A stretch of 64,000 nucleotides of DNA from Candidatus Marinacidobacterales bacterium (GCA_965237955.1 OZ250169.1:3136001-3200000); one strand, 5' to 3'; shown: positions 1-10,610, counted from the stretch's first letter. Notes: generated by a model from the letters alone, not told the origin. Numbers and translations are program-made.

Positions 1-227
1 GCTCCATTCGATGTGAGTGTCTCGACCACGTGATCGTCCTCGACGAGCACTACCTGAGTCGAATCCTACGCAAATACGTCAACTACTATCACTCGTGCCG
101 GACTCATTTGTCACTTGAGAAGGACGCGCCCGAGCCTCGCCGGGTAGAGTCGTCGGCGATGGGCAAAGTGAAAGCCATTCCAAAGGTCGGTGGCCTCCAT
201 CATTACTACACTCGACACGCTGCTTGA
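1..227 (+). pseudogene. rve integrase-core transposase, C-terminal part (5' part outside the window)
   Basis: ECLDHVIVLDEHYLSRILRKYVNYYH...RTHLSL...KVGGLHHYY resembles the C-termini of the full integrases at 48203 and 55742. A TIR-like end GAGTTTATGAAAGGGACA lies at ~374-391. Confidence 0.85.
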
Positions 228-452
228 GTCCGCGCCGCTCGGAACGGCTGCGGGACTTCGCACCAGGTTCCACCTCTGCCCCTGAGTAGAGCCGACGCCG
301 GCTCTCAAAACGTCCTACATGAAGACGACCAAAGCATCCCGGTTGTAGGCAGTTCGCCAATCTCATGCAGCTCGAGTTTATGAAAGGGACAGGCGTAGCA
401 GCACTTGGTGGCAGCTGCACCGACATCATTTCATCAAACACCGGGTTGAGAA

Positions 453-842
453 TTAGCGGCGGCGGCGATCACGATCGTCATTCACAGCTTCACGAACGCG
501 ATAGGCCAACTCGACGACATCTTTGGCAACAGCTACCGCTTCATCGTCGGAGAGCATCTCGATCGACGGCTTATAACGGCCCTCCCGCTCGGACCCGGCC
601 GATGACGTTACGCTTTGCCAGACACGCTCATAGATTGGCTTGCAATAACTTGGTAGGACGGGCTCCGGCACAAAGACAAGACCTTTGTGGCAGGCCTTGA
701 TCAGTCGCTCTTGGATGCGTCCGGGATGCGTCGCGAGGATCCCAACGGCTGTCCAGAGCTTCCCGTTGGCATAGATCAAAGTACCCATCATTCCTCCTCT
801 GTTCTTTGCCGTCGGCGGGATGTCCGATATTACCTTCTGCAA
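453..842 (-). CDS. hypothetical protein (true start probably the MM at ~791)
   Basis: Protein-like 129 aa ORF with GAGGAGG just upstream of the internal ATGATG. No recognisable family. Confidence 0.5.
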   Translation of the reverse strand: MQKVISDIPPTAKNRGGMMGTLIYANGKLWTAVGILATHPGRIQERLIKACHKGLVFVPEPVLPSYCKPIYERVWQSVTSSAGSEREGRYKPSIEMLSDDEAVAVAKDVVELAYRVREAVNDDRDRRRR

Positions 843-855
843 GGTGCTTCCGCAG

Positions 856-1507
856 TTAAAGTGACCCCCGGCAAAGCCGGGGGCCTATTCATAAGAGCCC
901 CTCGAAGGGGCTGTTCATGAGCCCCCTAAAGGGGGCGATCTTGCTCCCCAACTACGAGCCCGACCAGTCCATATTCAGCTGGTCCAGACGTTGGTCCTCC
1001 TGCTCTTGGAATGTACTTGCGGACCATCTCTTCGTCCAAGCCTACGGTCGACACGAAGTAACCGCGTGCCCAGAAGCTTTCGCCGGTGAAGTTGCGTCTG
1101 CGTCCGCGGAAGTTCCGTGCCACCGAGATCGCACTCTTGCCTTTGATGAACCCCACCACGTTCGACACCGCAAACTTCGGTGGGATGCTGATGCACATGT
1201 GGACGTGGTCCGACATCAAGTGGCCCTCCAGAATCCGGGCCTCTTTTTGTTTCGCCAGCTCGTGGAGAATCTTTCCCAGATGCGTTCTGATTGCACCATA
1301 CATCTTCTTCCTTCGGTACTTCGGGATGAACACAACGTGATATTTGCAGTCCCATCGTGTGTGGGATAGGCTCTTGTATTCTTTCACCTTGGTAGTCCTC
1401 CTTGTTTGGAAGTTCGCGCTTTCCAAGGAGGACTTTCTTTCCTACTTCCTTACACGGTCAAACCTCTGGGAGTCACCCCGGCAGAGCCGGGGGTTTACCT
1501 CAATGAA
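856..1507 (-). mobile_element. IS200/IS605-family element
   Basis: Subterminal hairpins CCCCCGGCAAAGCCGGGGG (~865-883) and CCCCGGCAGAGCCGGGG (~1476-1492). TTAA lies next to the left end. Contains tnpA. Confidence 0.9.
926..1426 (-). CDS. tnpA: IS200/IS605 Y1 (HUH) transposase, C-terminus apparently frameshifted
   Basis: SHTRWDCKYHVVFIPKYR, DHVH (HUH motif), FWARGYFVSTVG, VRKYI. Confidence 0.9.
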   Translation of the reverse strand: MESANFQTRRTTKVKEYKSLSHTRWDCKYHVVFIPKYRRKKMYGAIRTHLGKILHELAKQKEARILEGHLMSDHVHMCISIPPKFAVSNVVGFIKGKSAISVARNFRGRRRNFTGESFWARGYFVSTVGLDEEMVRKYIPRAGGPTSGPAEYGLVGLVVGEQDRPL

Positions 1508-1991
1508 TTAAGTGTTGGCGGCCAGCCCCTAACCGGTCTGCGTGCTAGAGTTTGAACCAGAATTCTGAAGACACAGTTCTCTCATCGTCAGGGCCGAGCC
1601 GAAGTGAAGAATCGCAGATGTCTCAATCCCGCATGTCCGTTGCGGGGCAAAGTCAGTTCCGGAAACATCGTTCGCCACGGATTCTACCGAACCAGGTCCG
1701 GGAAACGCCGTCGATACCGGTGCGGCGAGTGCGGAAAGACGTTCTCCTCGACGAAAGGCACGCTCTACTACCGTCTCCAACATCGAAGAGCTACTTTCGA
1801 TGGGGTCATCGCTCTCAGAGTCGAGGGCGTCAGCATTTCCTCGATTTCTCGGATCGAAGGGATTGCCTGGAACACCGTCGCCCGCTGGCTCGAGAAGGCA
1901 GCCCAAGTGTGTCGTCGATTCAACCACTTGATGGCGGAAGCACCGATTTATGGCCTATTTCAAAAGGGCCGAGTTTTTGCGCAGGACGGGG

Positions 1992-2231
1992 GTCGAGAAG
2001 CTGCGCACCGAGCCGGTGTTCGTGCTCTGGATCGAAAACAAGGAGTTCCAGTGGCTCGAGCCGACCATCACCACCGAGCAGATCGCCGAGCTTGGCGGCT
2101 GGGATCCGTCGAAGGGCGTTCAGCAGATCGACCTTGCCACGAACAAGGCACACACACTCAAGCCGGGTGAAATCGTCGATCTGAGGGATATCAAGACCTT
2201 CGTGAAAAAGATCGGCTGGCGACGTGGCTGA
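1992..2231 (+). pseudogene. ubiquitin-like (multi-ubiquitin/beta-grasp) protein, 5'-truncated by a mobile-element end
   Basis: WIENKEFQW..PTITTEQIAELGG...LKPGEIVDL pattern typical of bacterial multi-ubiquitin domains. Ends in RRG and overlaps the start of the E2-like gene. Confidence 0.7.
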
Positions 2232-2635
2232 GCGCGAGCTCCGCCTCGAGGAAGAACACCGGCTGATCGCCACGGTCTTTCCAAGCGTCGTTCAGTCGGG
2301 GGATTGGTTCCTCATCCCGGACGACGCTCGGGCGACGCGGTACGGCTGGACTCTGGATCCGTTTCCGGTTGCGTTTCACGCACAGCCAGGACACCCGGGG
2401 CAGGTGCCATACGGTATATACGTGCCGTCCTCCGCACAGGCCGGCGGCCAAGTGCCGAACAACTTCAACGGCAACGCGAGCAATCGGCCGCCGTTCGAGG
2501 GGCAGTGGGGTGTTCTCTCCTGGCAGGGCGACGACCAAGGAATCCCCTGGGTCCCGGCGCAGCGGATTCGCGAGGGGGCCAACCTGTTGAACTTCCTCAT
2601 TCACGTTCGACGAGCGGTTCAAAGAAGGTGTCTGA
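2224..2635 (+). CDS. prokaryotic E2/UBC-like protein (1-nt frameshift at ~2600 near the C-terminus)
   Basis: WFLI..GW..VAF..PGHPGQVPYGIYVP...PPFEGQWGVLSW...W.P...GANLLNFL fits a prokaryotic E2 pattern. Removing one T at ~2600 gives ...LITFDERFKEGV* ending at 2635, overlapping the JAB start. Confidence 0.7.
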
Positions 2636-3176
2636 ATCCACTAAGGAACGGAGGCTCCGCTTCGAGAGCAAGGCGCATTACCAAGCATTTCGCTCCGCGC
2701 TCGTGTGCGGAGCATACGCATACTATCGCGAGCAAGGGGCTTTTCTCTTCGCGTCCCCGGCGGCAAATGGAGAGCTGGACGTCGTTGATGTCGCCGTGCT
2801 CAAGACGGCCGATTTCGTTATGCAGTCGGCCGGCTACGTGGAGCTGCACGACGATGCGCTCCAGGAGATGATCGTCCGTGCGCATAGGACGGACACCGCG
2901 CTGATGGAGGCTCACTCGCACCCCCTCGCGGAAGGGCCTCGGGTGCGTTTTTCGTCCTTCGATTGCGAGGGCTTGGCCGACATCGGGCCGCAGATGTCGT
3001 GGCGACTTCCAGGCCGGCCCTACATCGCCTTGGTCTTAGGTCGGGATGCGTTCGATTCCCTTTACTGGGAAGGTCGAGAGCGAAGGCCTCGGGGCTCCGT
3101 GGACCTTGTCGTCGCCGGGCAACTGCTACGCGCGAGTCGTGAATCCGAGCGCTCTTGGGGGCGAGACCATGGATAG
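2628..3176 (+). CDS. JAB/JAMM metallopeptidase (deubiquitinase-like)
   Basis: E in REQGAFLF plus HSHP...FSSFD (HxH-x-S-x2-D JAMM motif). The GTG start overlaps the reconstructed E2 stop. Confidence 0.85.
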   Translation: MSESTKERRLRFESKAHYQAFRSALVCGAYAYYREQGAFLFASPAANGELDVVDVAVLKTADFVMQSAGYVELHDDALQEMIVRAHRTDTALMEAHSHPLAEGPRVRFSSFDCEGLADIGPQMSWRLPGRPYIALVLGRDAFDSLYWEGRERRPRGSVDLVVAGQLLRASRESERSWGRDHG

Positions 3177-3978
3177 GTTCGACAGGCAACGGAAGATCTT
3201 CGGAGACGAGGGACAGAAGCGCCTGCGCGCCGCGACGGTTGGTGTCGTCGGCGGGGGAGGCCTGGGCTCGTTCATAGTGCTCGAGCTTGCCTATCTGGGG
3301 ATTGGGAAGATCCTAATTGTCGACCAGAAGCTGCTCAAGTGCTCGAATCGGAACCGGTTGGTGGGTGCTTGGGCGTCGCACCCAGACGGGACGCCCAAGG
3401 TCCAGCTACTACGCGACCTCGCGGGACTGATCGACTCCAAGATCGAGATCGAGCTGGTACAGGACGGTGTCGAAAGCTCCGATGCACAAGCCGCACTCGC
3501 AAGCGTGGACATCGTTGTGGGATGCGTCGACCACGATGGCCCTCGGTTCGTGCTGAACGAATTCTGCTGCAAGCAAGGTCTGCCGCTTATCGACGCGGCA
3601 AGCGATACAGTGCATGAAAAGGACAGGGTTCTCTTCGGAGGGCGGGTTTGTGTCGCAACGCAGGAGACGGGCTGCCTCGCGTGCTTCAAGGTGTTGGACC
3701 AGAACGAGCTTCAGGACTACTTCGCTTCGCCACAGCAGCGGACTGACCGGGGTGCGATCTACGGCGTGCCCGAGAGCGCCCTGGCCGGTGGCGGTCCGTC
3801 GGTGGTCACGGTCAACGGAGTGGTAGCGTCGATCGCGGCGACAGAATTGATGGTGTTGGTGACCGAGATCCGTGCTCCCATCGCGCATCAGGACTGGCGT
3901 GGCCATGAGGGTTGCCTGCTTCGTGTTGTCGACCGCGAGGAAGGCTGCTACTACTGTGGCTTGCGTCCTGTTGATTAG
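3169..3978 (+). CDS. ThiF/MoeB-family E1-like adenylyltransferase
   Basis: RFDRQ, VGGGGLG, SNRNR, PKV, GCVD and the Zn-binding pair CLAC/CYYC. The ATG overlaps the JAB stop. Confidence 0.92.
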   Translation: MDRFDRQRKIFGDEGQKRLRAATVGVVGGGGLGSFIVLELAYLGIGKILIVDQKLLKCSNRNRLVGAWASHPDGTPKVQLLRDLAGLIDSKIEIELVQDGVESSDAQAALASVDIVVGCVDHDGPRFVLNEFCCKQGLPLIDAASDTVHEKDRVLFGGRVCVATQETGCLACFKVLDQNELQDYFASPQQRTDRGAIYGVPESALAGGGPSVVTVNGVVASIAATELMVLVTEIRAPIAHQDWRGHEGCLLRVVDREEGCYYCGLRPVD

Positions 3979-4062
3979 CCGGGTCCTATTGCTCACTACG
4001 GTACTTTCGAGTGAACGAACGATTTCGGTCACTCCCCGATGGCCTCCGCCCACGCGGGCGGT

Positions 4063-4647
4063 GCCGTCCTGTGCCAAAACTCGGCCCTTTTAACTGAAAG
4101 GGATGTCCGAGTCTATGTCAGAATCAGCGGCACAGCGGCAGCGACACCTGTGCTCCGCAAAAAGTCGATCCGGCGTTGATTACGTGGTTTAGACCTGCCA
4201 TGCTCGGCTGCCTTGTGCCGGTCGACCCGACGGCGCCACCGGCGTCTTAGGAACGTGGAGAGGCTCGCTCTTGCGACTGTTTTCGAATATCCGGTCTATT
4301 GTTCTGGACGCCATCGCGTTCGCTCGCAACCTATGCCGCTCGCGCCGCGCCCTCGCCGCAGAGAACTTTTTCCTTCGGAAGCAGCTCACGTTCTTTGTCG
4401 AGCGTAAGCAGGCTGTGCTCCGCAAAAAGTCGATCCAGCGTTGATTGCGCGGTTTAGACCTGCCATGTTCAGCTGCTTTCGCTCCGATCGACCCGACGAC
4501 GCCACCGGCGTCTTATGAACGTGGAGAGGCTCCCTCGGGCCAGACGATTGTAAAGCCTACGGCCCTTGGCCCGGTCGCGAACACAGACACTAAGCTGCTG
4601 ATTTATAGTCTATTTCAAAAGGGCCGAGTTTTGGCACAGGACGGGGG
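4063..4647. repeat. cluster of orphan mobile-element ends
   Basis: CCGTCCTGTGCCAAAAC end at 4064. Two TGTGCTCCGCAAAAAGTCGATCC ends at ~4149 and ~4414. A ~105-bp TIR copy at ~4540-4645 matches 56840-56943. Confidence 0.8.
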
Positions 4648-4656
4648 GGACACCAG

Positions 4657-6108
4657 CTAATGTCTACGTTCGCCGACTACCCAGAGGTTGGCGCTCGAGC
4701 GAATGAACAGCTGGCCCTGTGACACCGCCACCGAGCTGAGGCAGTACGGCGTGCAGCCGTCGTCGAACGAGTTTGACGCGAGGATCTCGAATTCCGGCCC
4801 GGTCCGGTACACGGTCCACAGGCCCTCCTCCTCGGTCGAGACGTAGATCTTGCCGTCGGCGAGGATGGGAGACGAGCTGTAGGTGCCGCTCGGCAAACGC
4901 TCGGGGCCGTAGACGACCTCGCCCGTGTCGAGCCTCAGACAGTAGGCCACGCCGCGGTCGGTCACGACGTAGACATACTCGCCGGCGCTCACCGGCGTCG
5001 GCACGTCGGGGCCTCGGTCGAACTCCCACGCGACGTGCGTGTCGCCGATGTCACCGCTGCCGCCCGGCCGGATCGCGACCATGGGCCGCACCCGACTCGG
5101 CGCGACGATCAGATCGCCCATGATCGTCGGCGAGGCGATGATCCGGTAGGCCCCGTTGTTCTGGGGATTGAGGACGTTCGCGCGCCAGAGTTCTCGGCCG
5201 GTGTCGGGATCGTGCCCGGTGACCGCATCCCCGCCGGTGATGACGAGTTCCGTCTTGCCGTCGTACTCGAGCCACGTCGGCGTCGTGTAAGAATCCGGAG
5301 ACTCGCGCCGTGCCGTCGTCGGCCGCTCGATGTACCACAGCGTCTCGCCGGTCATCTTGTCGACCTTGACCACGTACGACGGATCGTCGGTCCGCATACC
5401 GTGGAGCACCTGCAGGTAAAGCGCGTCCCCCTGCAGGAGCGGCGACGAGGCGTATCCCCAGTTGAGCCCGAACCGATAGTAATCGTCCGAGATGTTGCGC
5501 GACCAGATCTCGTTGCCCTCGAAGTTGAACGCCTTCAGGGCGCCGACGCCGGTCATCACCCAGACACGTTCGCCGTCGGTCACGGGCGACGGCGACGACA
5601 TGTTCTGCTTGCGCTGCATGTTGTTGCCGTCGGCGATGGGTCGCTTCCAGGCCACGTCCTGCGTCCGGCGGTCGACCGCCCAGAGTTCAAGGCTGCCCGA
5701 GGCCGTCTCCGTGGCTACATTGAGGAACACCAGGTCGTCCCAGATGATCGGTGTCGATCCGCTATAGGCTGGCAGCGGGAGCCGCCACGCGATGTTCTCG
5801 GTGTCGAACTCATCGCAGTTCGGCGGATGCGTCGGGACCGCAACCGATCGGCCGAAGCCGCGCCCCCGCTGCCGCTGGCCTCCCTGCAAGTTCGGACTGG
5901 CCTGGACGCTACGGGGGCCGCTCTCGGGCACCCCGGACACCCTGGGCTCGTCTTCGTCCAGGCACGTGGCGCTCCAGCTCACCGGCAGTCTGGTCTCGGT
6001 GCTGACGCTGTTGCGGGTCGGGCCGCGCCAGTGTGGCCAGTTGTCGGCCAGAAGCGACGATCGGGCCGCGACCGTCAGGATACAGGTCACCCAGAGTAAT
6101 CTCCGCAT
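4657..6108 (-). CDS. secreted PQQ-binding-like beta-propeller protein
   Basis: Signal peptide followed by NWPHWRGP, repeated SSP/STP blade motifs, W-ending blades and a C-terminal QLFIRS. Confidence 0.9.
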   Translation of the reverse strand: MRRLLWVTCILTVAARSSLLADNWPHWRGPTRNSVSTETRLPVSWSATCLDEDEPRVSGVPESGPRSVQASPNLQGGQRQRGRGFGRSVAVPTHPPNCDEFDTENIAWRLPLPAYSGSTPIIWDDLVFLNVATETASGSLELWAVDRRTQDVAWKRPIADGNNMQRKQNMSSPSPVTDGERVWVMTGVGALKAFNFEGNEIWSRNISDDYYRFGLNWGYASSPLLQGDALYLQVLHGMRTDDPSYVVKVDKMTGETLWYIERPTTARRESPDSYTTPTWLEYDGKTELVITGGDAVTGHDPDTGRELWRANVLNPQNNGAYRIIASPTIMGDLIVAPSRVRPMVAIRPGGSGDIGDTHVAWEFDRGPDVPTPVSAGEYVYVVTDRGVAYCLRLDTGEVVYGPERLPSGTYSSSPILADGKIYVSTEEEGLWTVYRTGPEFEILASNSFDDGCTPYCLSSVAVSQGQLFIRSSANLWVVGERRH

Positions 6109-6340
6109 GTCGGGAACTCCCTTCGATGGTTAGCGTAACCGGAGATACGAACAGGTTCAACACGATGTCAACTCTATCGGTATCAGGCGTAAACGTGCCG
6201 GGTAGTCCCTCGTTCGGGGGGGTGCACCCGAGCCGCGACGAGTGCAAGGCCGGGCTAAGCCTCGCTCCGGCTTGGCACGTTCTTTGGGATTCCTCGACAG
6301 AGCGCTCAGCCTGCGGCGACGGTGGAGTCAAGCCCATTCT

Positions 6341-7644
6341 CCTAAGAAACTACCGCCTGAACGACGTCGCCCGTTTGAGTGTCGATGAGAGCGAAACCGA
6401 GGTCAGCGGCGCGTTGGGTCAGGCGGCGCACGGCACGGGAGCGATCTTGAGCGTTGTAGGCGGCGGCCCCGGGGTCTTGATAGACGAGCCCATCCTTGAG
6501 AGTGCGGTAGACGAGAATGGCGAGCTTTCGAGCGGTGGCGGTGATGGCTTTGGATTTACCGACGCGATAGGCGAGACGTCGATAGTAGGCGCCGAGAGCG
6601 GTCTGTGTACGCCCGAGGCTGAGTGCGGCCATGCGGAGAATGCCAGCGGCGCGGTTTGCAGAGGGTTGTGTTTTCGAGCTGAGGAGTCGCCCGCCGGAGA
6701 TTTTGTTATTGGGCGCGAGGGTAAGCCAGGAAGTGAAGTGCTTTTCAGTAGGCCATCGGTTCATATCGGTCCGATCTCGGCGAGCAAGCGAAGCGCGGAA
6801 TAGGGTCCGATGGCGTCGATCTGGGAGAGGTCGACCCCGGCGATCTGGTGGAGGAGAGGCCGGAGCTCGAACCGAGGTTCGTTCACTCGGGGCTTGCGCG
6901 ATTTTCGAGGCGGTGGCAAGGAGGTGTTCGGGGTTGAGCGTTGAGCTAGAAGCTGCAGGTGCGATTCGATGGCCACGTCACAGGTTTGGATCTGGAGCTG
7001 AAAAGCATCAAAGAGTTCGAGGTTCTGCTTGAGAGCGAAGAGGTGCTCGGGGCGATAGTTGCCGGTGAGTGCAGCGGCGATCTCGGCCTCGGAGGACTGA
7101 CAACGGTGGTCACGGTGCTTGGCGAGCCGATGGGGGTCGGTTTGTCCGGCAACGATGTCTCGTAGAATCCGCATGCCAGTGACACCCGTGATATCAGTGA
7201 CCACAAGGTGGAGTTGAAGATTCATTTGCACGAGAGCCTTCTGCATGCGCTGGATATGGGTTACCGCACTCTGAACGAGAGTCTCTCGGTGGCGGAGGTA
7301 GCCACGCAGGGCGGTGATGGCTGCTTCGGGTCGAAAGCTTCCGCGGAGCAACCCCACGCTGTGCAACTCCCGGAGCCATTCGCAATCGCTGACATCGCTC
7401 TTGCGCCCCGGGACGTTTTTGACGTGGCGCGCGTTGACCAAGAGGACCTGGAAGCCACGGGCTTCGAGGATTTCATACAGGGCGATCCAGTAGACGCCGG
7501 TCGACTCCATCGCGACGCTCGTCACGCCGCAAGTCGCGAGCCGATGAAGATCGGCCGTGAAACTCCTGAAGGAACGGACCGGTTTAGGATCGCGCTCCGG
7601 TGGAACTGCGACGAAATGCTCGGCCGAGCCGCAATCGATCCCAG
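6341..7644 (-). pseudogene. IS110-family transposase copy, 5'-truncated and frameshifted
   Basis: Nearly identical to 37535-38847, with a 12-nt deletion and a 1-nt deletion at ~6770. Fused at ~7644 to an integrase fragment. Confidence 0.9.
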
Positions 7645-8315
7645 GCTCGTGACCTACTATGTGCTCGTCGTCATCGAGCTGTCTTCGCGAAAAGTGCACA
7701 TTGCCGGAATCACTCCGGGGCCGGATGGCCCGTTCATGATGCAGGTCGGTCGGAATCTCACCGACTCATTCGACGGCTTTCTGCGCGGCAAGCGATTCCT
7801 CATCCTGGACAGCGACAAGAAGTTCACCACGGAGTTTCGCGATTTGCTCGAGCACGCCGGAACGGACGTCATTCGGCTGCCGCACCGTTCGCCGAATCTG
7901 AACGCTTACGTCGAAAGGTTTGTTTTGTCGATCAAGAGCGAGTGCTTGGAGCGGATGATCTTCTTCAGTGAGCAATCGCTGCGCCGTGCCGTCGCTGAGT
8001 TCATCCATCATTATCACGGAGAGCGCAACCATCAAGGGCTCGGGAACGCGTTGCTCGAAGCGGAAGAATGCGTCGGCAGTCCTCACGGGAAAGTGCGATG
8101 TCGTAAGAGATTGGGCGGCTTGCTCAGCTATTACCACCGCGACGCCGCATAGGAGTTCGGGCGCGCCAGTTGGACGGAACGGATGGTCTGCAGGAGAGGT
8201 CTGCTCGGGGTCGCCTATCGCAGAGCTAGTACCGCGTCGGCTGGTCTCCGCGAGTTTTGAGAACGCCTCTAGGATTCGACCTTGCCGCTCCGTTCGCGTT
8301 TTCGGACAGGACGCG
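7645..8315 (+). pseudogene. rve integrase element, 3' half plus right end
   Basis: Homologous to 48778-49445. Ends GTTTTCGGACAGGACG. Confidence 0.85.
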
Positions 8316-8405
8316 ATCAACAACGGGCCGAAGAGCGACGATGGACGGGATGCTCTCAAGCCTTGCCGGATCCTGGTTGATACAAAATCCGAGGCAAGTG
8401 AGGGC

Positions 8406-8499
8406 TGTGCTCCGCAAAAAGTCGATCCGGCGTTGATTGCGCGGGTTAGACCTACCATAGTCGGCTGCTTCTGGCCGGTTTTCTTTTTTGCGGATCACA
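8406..8499. mobile_element. ~95-bp MITE
   Basis: TGTGCTCCGCAAAAA ... TTTTTGCGGATCACA inverted termini. An inverted homolog lies at ~47762-47855. Confidence 0.7.
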
Positions 8500-8550
8500 A
8501 CAGCCAGCGGCCAACGTGGTCAATACCGGAAAATCAGGTGTTGCCTAGCC

Positions 8551-9966
8551 CTAGCTGAAGTCCACCCCGAAGAACAGCACCGCGACGATGATCGCCGCCA
8601 CGGCCAGCGGCGACACGAACTGAATGAAGAACCGCCACGCTCCATAGTTGAACCACCTGGGTTCTGAGCCATCCACGAGCTCCCGCTCGGTGTACTTGCG
8701 CGTCAGGAACCAGCCCGCCGCGATCGTGATCGCAAATCCCCCGGTCGGGAGCATCCAGTTCGACACGAAGTGGTCGACCATGCCGAACCAGCTCGCCTTG
8801 CCGCCGAAGAGCATCTGGCCGAGCGCGCCGCCGAGTTGGAGCTCGGTGATCGCGCCGACACCACCGAACGACAACGCGGCGAGGACCGTGAAGGCAAACA
8901 CCGCACCACCACACAGCAGCGTCGCCGTGGCCCGCGGCATGTGGTGTTCGTCGATCACGTAGGCAGCGACCACTTCCAGTAGCGACATCGTCGAGGTGAG
9001 CGCCGCGAGGGCCACCAGCACGTAGAAGAGTGGCCCCAGGAATGCCCCGAACGGGACCTCGGTGAAGAACAGCTGCGGCAGCGAGATGAAGAGCATCCCC
9101 ACAGTGCCCGTGCCGCTGACCTGCTCATCCATACCCGGCACGCTGAAGATCACCGAGAACATGATCACCGTGGCCACGAGTGCGATCAGCGTATCGAGCA
9201 CGACGATGATCGCCGAGGCTTTCACGATCGACTGATGCTTTGCGATGTACGAGCCGTACGTCACCATCGCGCCCATGCCGAGCGAGAGCGTGAAAAACGC
9301 GTGGCCGAGCGCCTCGAGGACGCTCCCCCCATCCAATTCGCCGAAGCACGGCAGGAAGATGAAGCGGAGCGCCTCACCGGCCCCGGCCATCTCCAAGGCG
9401 GAGACGAGCAGCAAGACGAGGATCCCGAAGAGAATCGGCAGAAAGACACGCGCGATGCGCTCGATGCCCTTTTGGACGCCGAAGTAGACGACCGAGACCG
9501 TGGCGATACTGAACCCGAGAGACAAGCCAAGCTGCAGGCCGCCATTGGCCGCCTGCGCACCGAACAGCTCGCCCATCGAGGCGCCCGCCGGGAATCCACC
9601 GACCGACCAGCCCGCGGACTTGGCGAAGTAGAAGAGCGACCAGCCCGCAATCACCGTGTAGTAGCTGAGCAGCAGAAAGCCGCAGAGCACGCCCCAGAGG
9701 CCAACGATGCCCCACGCCGGCCCGATGGCCTGCTTGAGCGCCCCGACCACGCTCTTCTGCGTCGCTCGCCCGATCAGCAGTTCGGCCATCATGATGGGCA
9801 GGCCCACGGTGGCGATGCACACGAGGTACACGAGGACGAAGGCCCCGCCGTTGTTCTCCCACGTGACGAACGGGAACTTCCACAGGTTGCCGAGGCCGAT
9901 CGCGCTCCCGGTCGCGGCGAGAATTAAGCCGGTGTTCGAACTCCAATGGCCGCGCGGCTCTGACAT
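8551..9966 (-). CDS. NSS/SNF-family sodium-dependent transporter
   Basis: GSAIGLGNLWKFP, NGGAFVLVY, FFTLSLGMGAMVTYGSY and multiple TM helices. Confidence 0.95.
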   Translation of the reverse strand: MSEPRGHWSSNTGLILAATGSAIGLGNLWKFPFVTWENNGGAFVLVYLVCIATVGLPIMMAELLIGRATQKSVVGALKQAIGPAWGIVGLWGVLCGFLLLSYYTVIAGWSLFYFAKSAGWSVGGFPAGASMGELFGAQAANGGLQLGLSLGFSIATVSVVYFGVQKGIERIARVFLPILFGILVLLLVSALEMAGAGEALRFIFLPCFGELDGGSVLEALGHAFFTLSLGMGAMVTYGSYIAKHQSIVKASAIIVVLDTLIALVATVIMFSVIFSVPGMDEQVSGTGTVGMLFISLPQLFFTEVPFGAFLGPLFYVLVALAALTSTMSLLEVVAAYVIDEHHMPRATATLLCGGAVFAFTVLAALSFGGVGAITELQLGGALGQMLFGGKASWFGMVDHFVSNWMLPTGGFAITIAAGWFLTRKYTERELVDGSEPRWFNYGAWRFFIQFVSPLAVAAIIVAVLFFGVDFS

Positions 9967-9993
9967 GTGTCGTTCTCCGATCGATGGGCGTGG

Positions 9994-10609
9994 TCAACGC
10001 GCATGCTGGAAGTGGCGGGCTGCAAACTCCTCTGCCGCCACAATCTCGGTCCCGTCCACGATGCGGACACGCTTGCCCTCGGTCTTGGGTGCAAAGGTGG
10101 CATTGAGGCGGACTTCCTCTACGTCCTGTTGCGCTAAGAACTCGGCCTGCGAAGTCTCCTTGAAGTCGTACTTAGGGTTGGTCGCGTGTAGTTGCTTTGT
10201 CTCTTCAAGCACTTCGTGCTCCACTTCCTCCCTAAGCGCCTTGGCTTCGTCGGTCCAAAGAGTACCCGGGTCCAGGCCTGCAGCCTCTGCACGGTCCGCG
10301 AACCGCTTGAACACCCCGAACTGCAACTCGCGCCAGTAGTAGCGTTTGACCATGCATGGCTGCACGCGGGTGCGCTTCGACCGGCATCCCACGGCACTCG
10401 CGGCAAATGTCGTCGACGAACCCGAGGGTGACAGGTATCCGCTCCTGAGTCTCCAGCACACACCCTTCCCGTAGCTGGTGGGCGAGGAAGCGTTCACCAT
10501 TCTCGCGGTCGCATACGCACATCATGACGCCGCTGCAAGTGCCGCAACGGTACTTGCGGATCAGCTCGTATTCGTTGAGACACAGGACAGATTTGTGAAG
10601 ACAAGACAT
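9994..10609 (-). pseudogene. Cys-rich protein, frameshifted and truncated (resembles the N-terminus of VRR-NUC nuclease proteins)
   Basis: MSCLH..CLNEYELIRKYRC..C..MMC.C...CREC continues in another frame as KRYYWREL...EEFAARHF. Family assignment is from memory only. Confidence 0.5.
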
Positions 10610-10610
10610 G

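Larger units (their letters stand above)
843..1944 (+). mobile_element. IS1-like element, internally deleted, with its left TIR interrupted by IS200
   Basis: TIRs GGTGCTTCCGCAG..TTAAGTGTTGG (843-855 + 1508-1518) and CACTTGATGGCGGAAGCACC (1925-1944). ORF 1604-~1925 encodes an InsA-like zinc ribbon plus HTH (CLNPAC...YRCGEC...WNTVARW). Confidence 0.8.

Noticed and set aside
856-1507. TnpB/omegaRNA system associated with IS200
   Set aside because: The element is ~650 bp and encodes only TnpA.
2224-3176. 215-aa and 290-aa ORFs taken at face value
   Set aside because: Better explained as an E2 with a 1-nt frameshift plus a JAB gene starting at 2628.
6761-8152. Overlapping 312-aa and 314-aa ORFs as novel recombinase fusions
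   Set aside because: Chimeras at a deletion junction between opposite-strand IS110 and integrase fragments.
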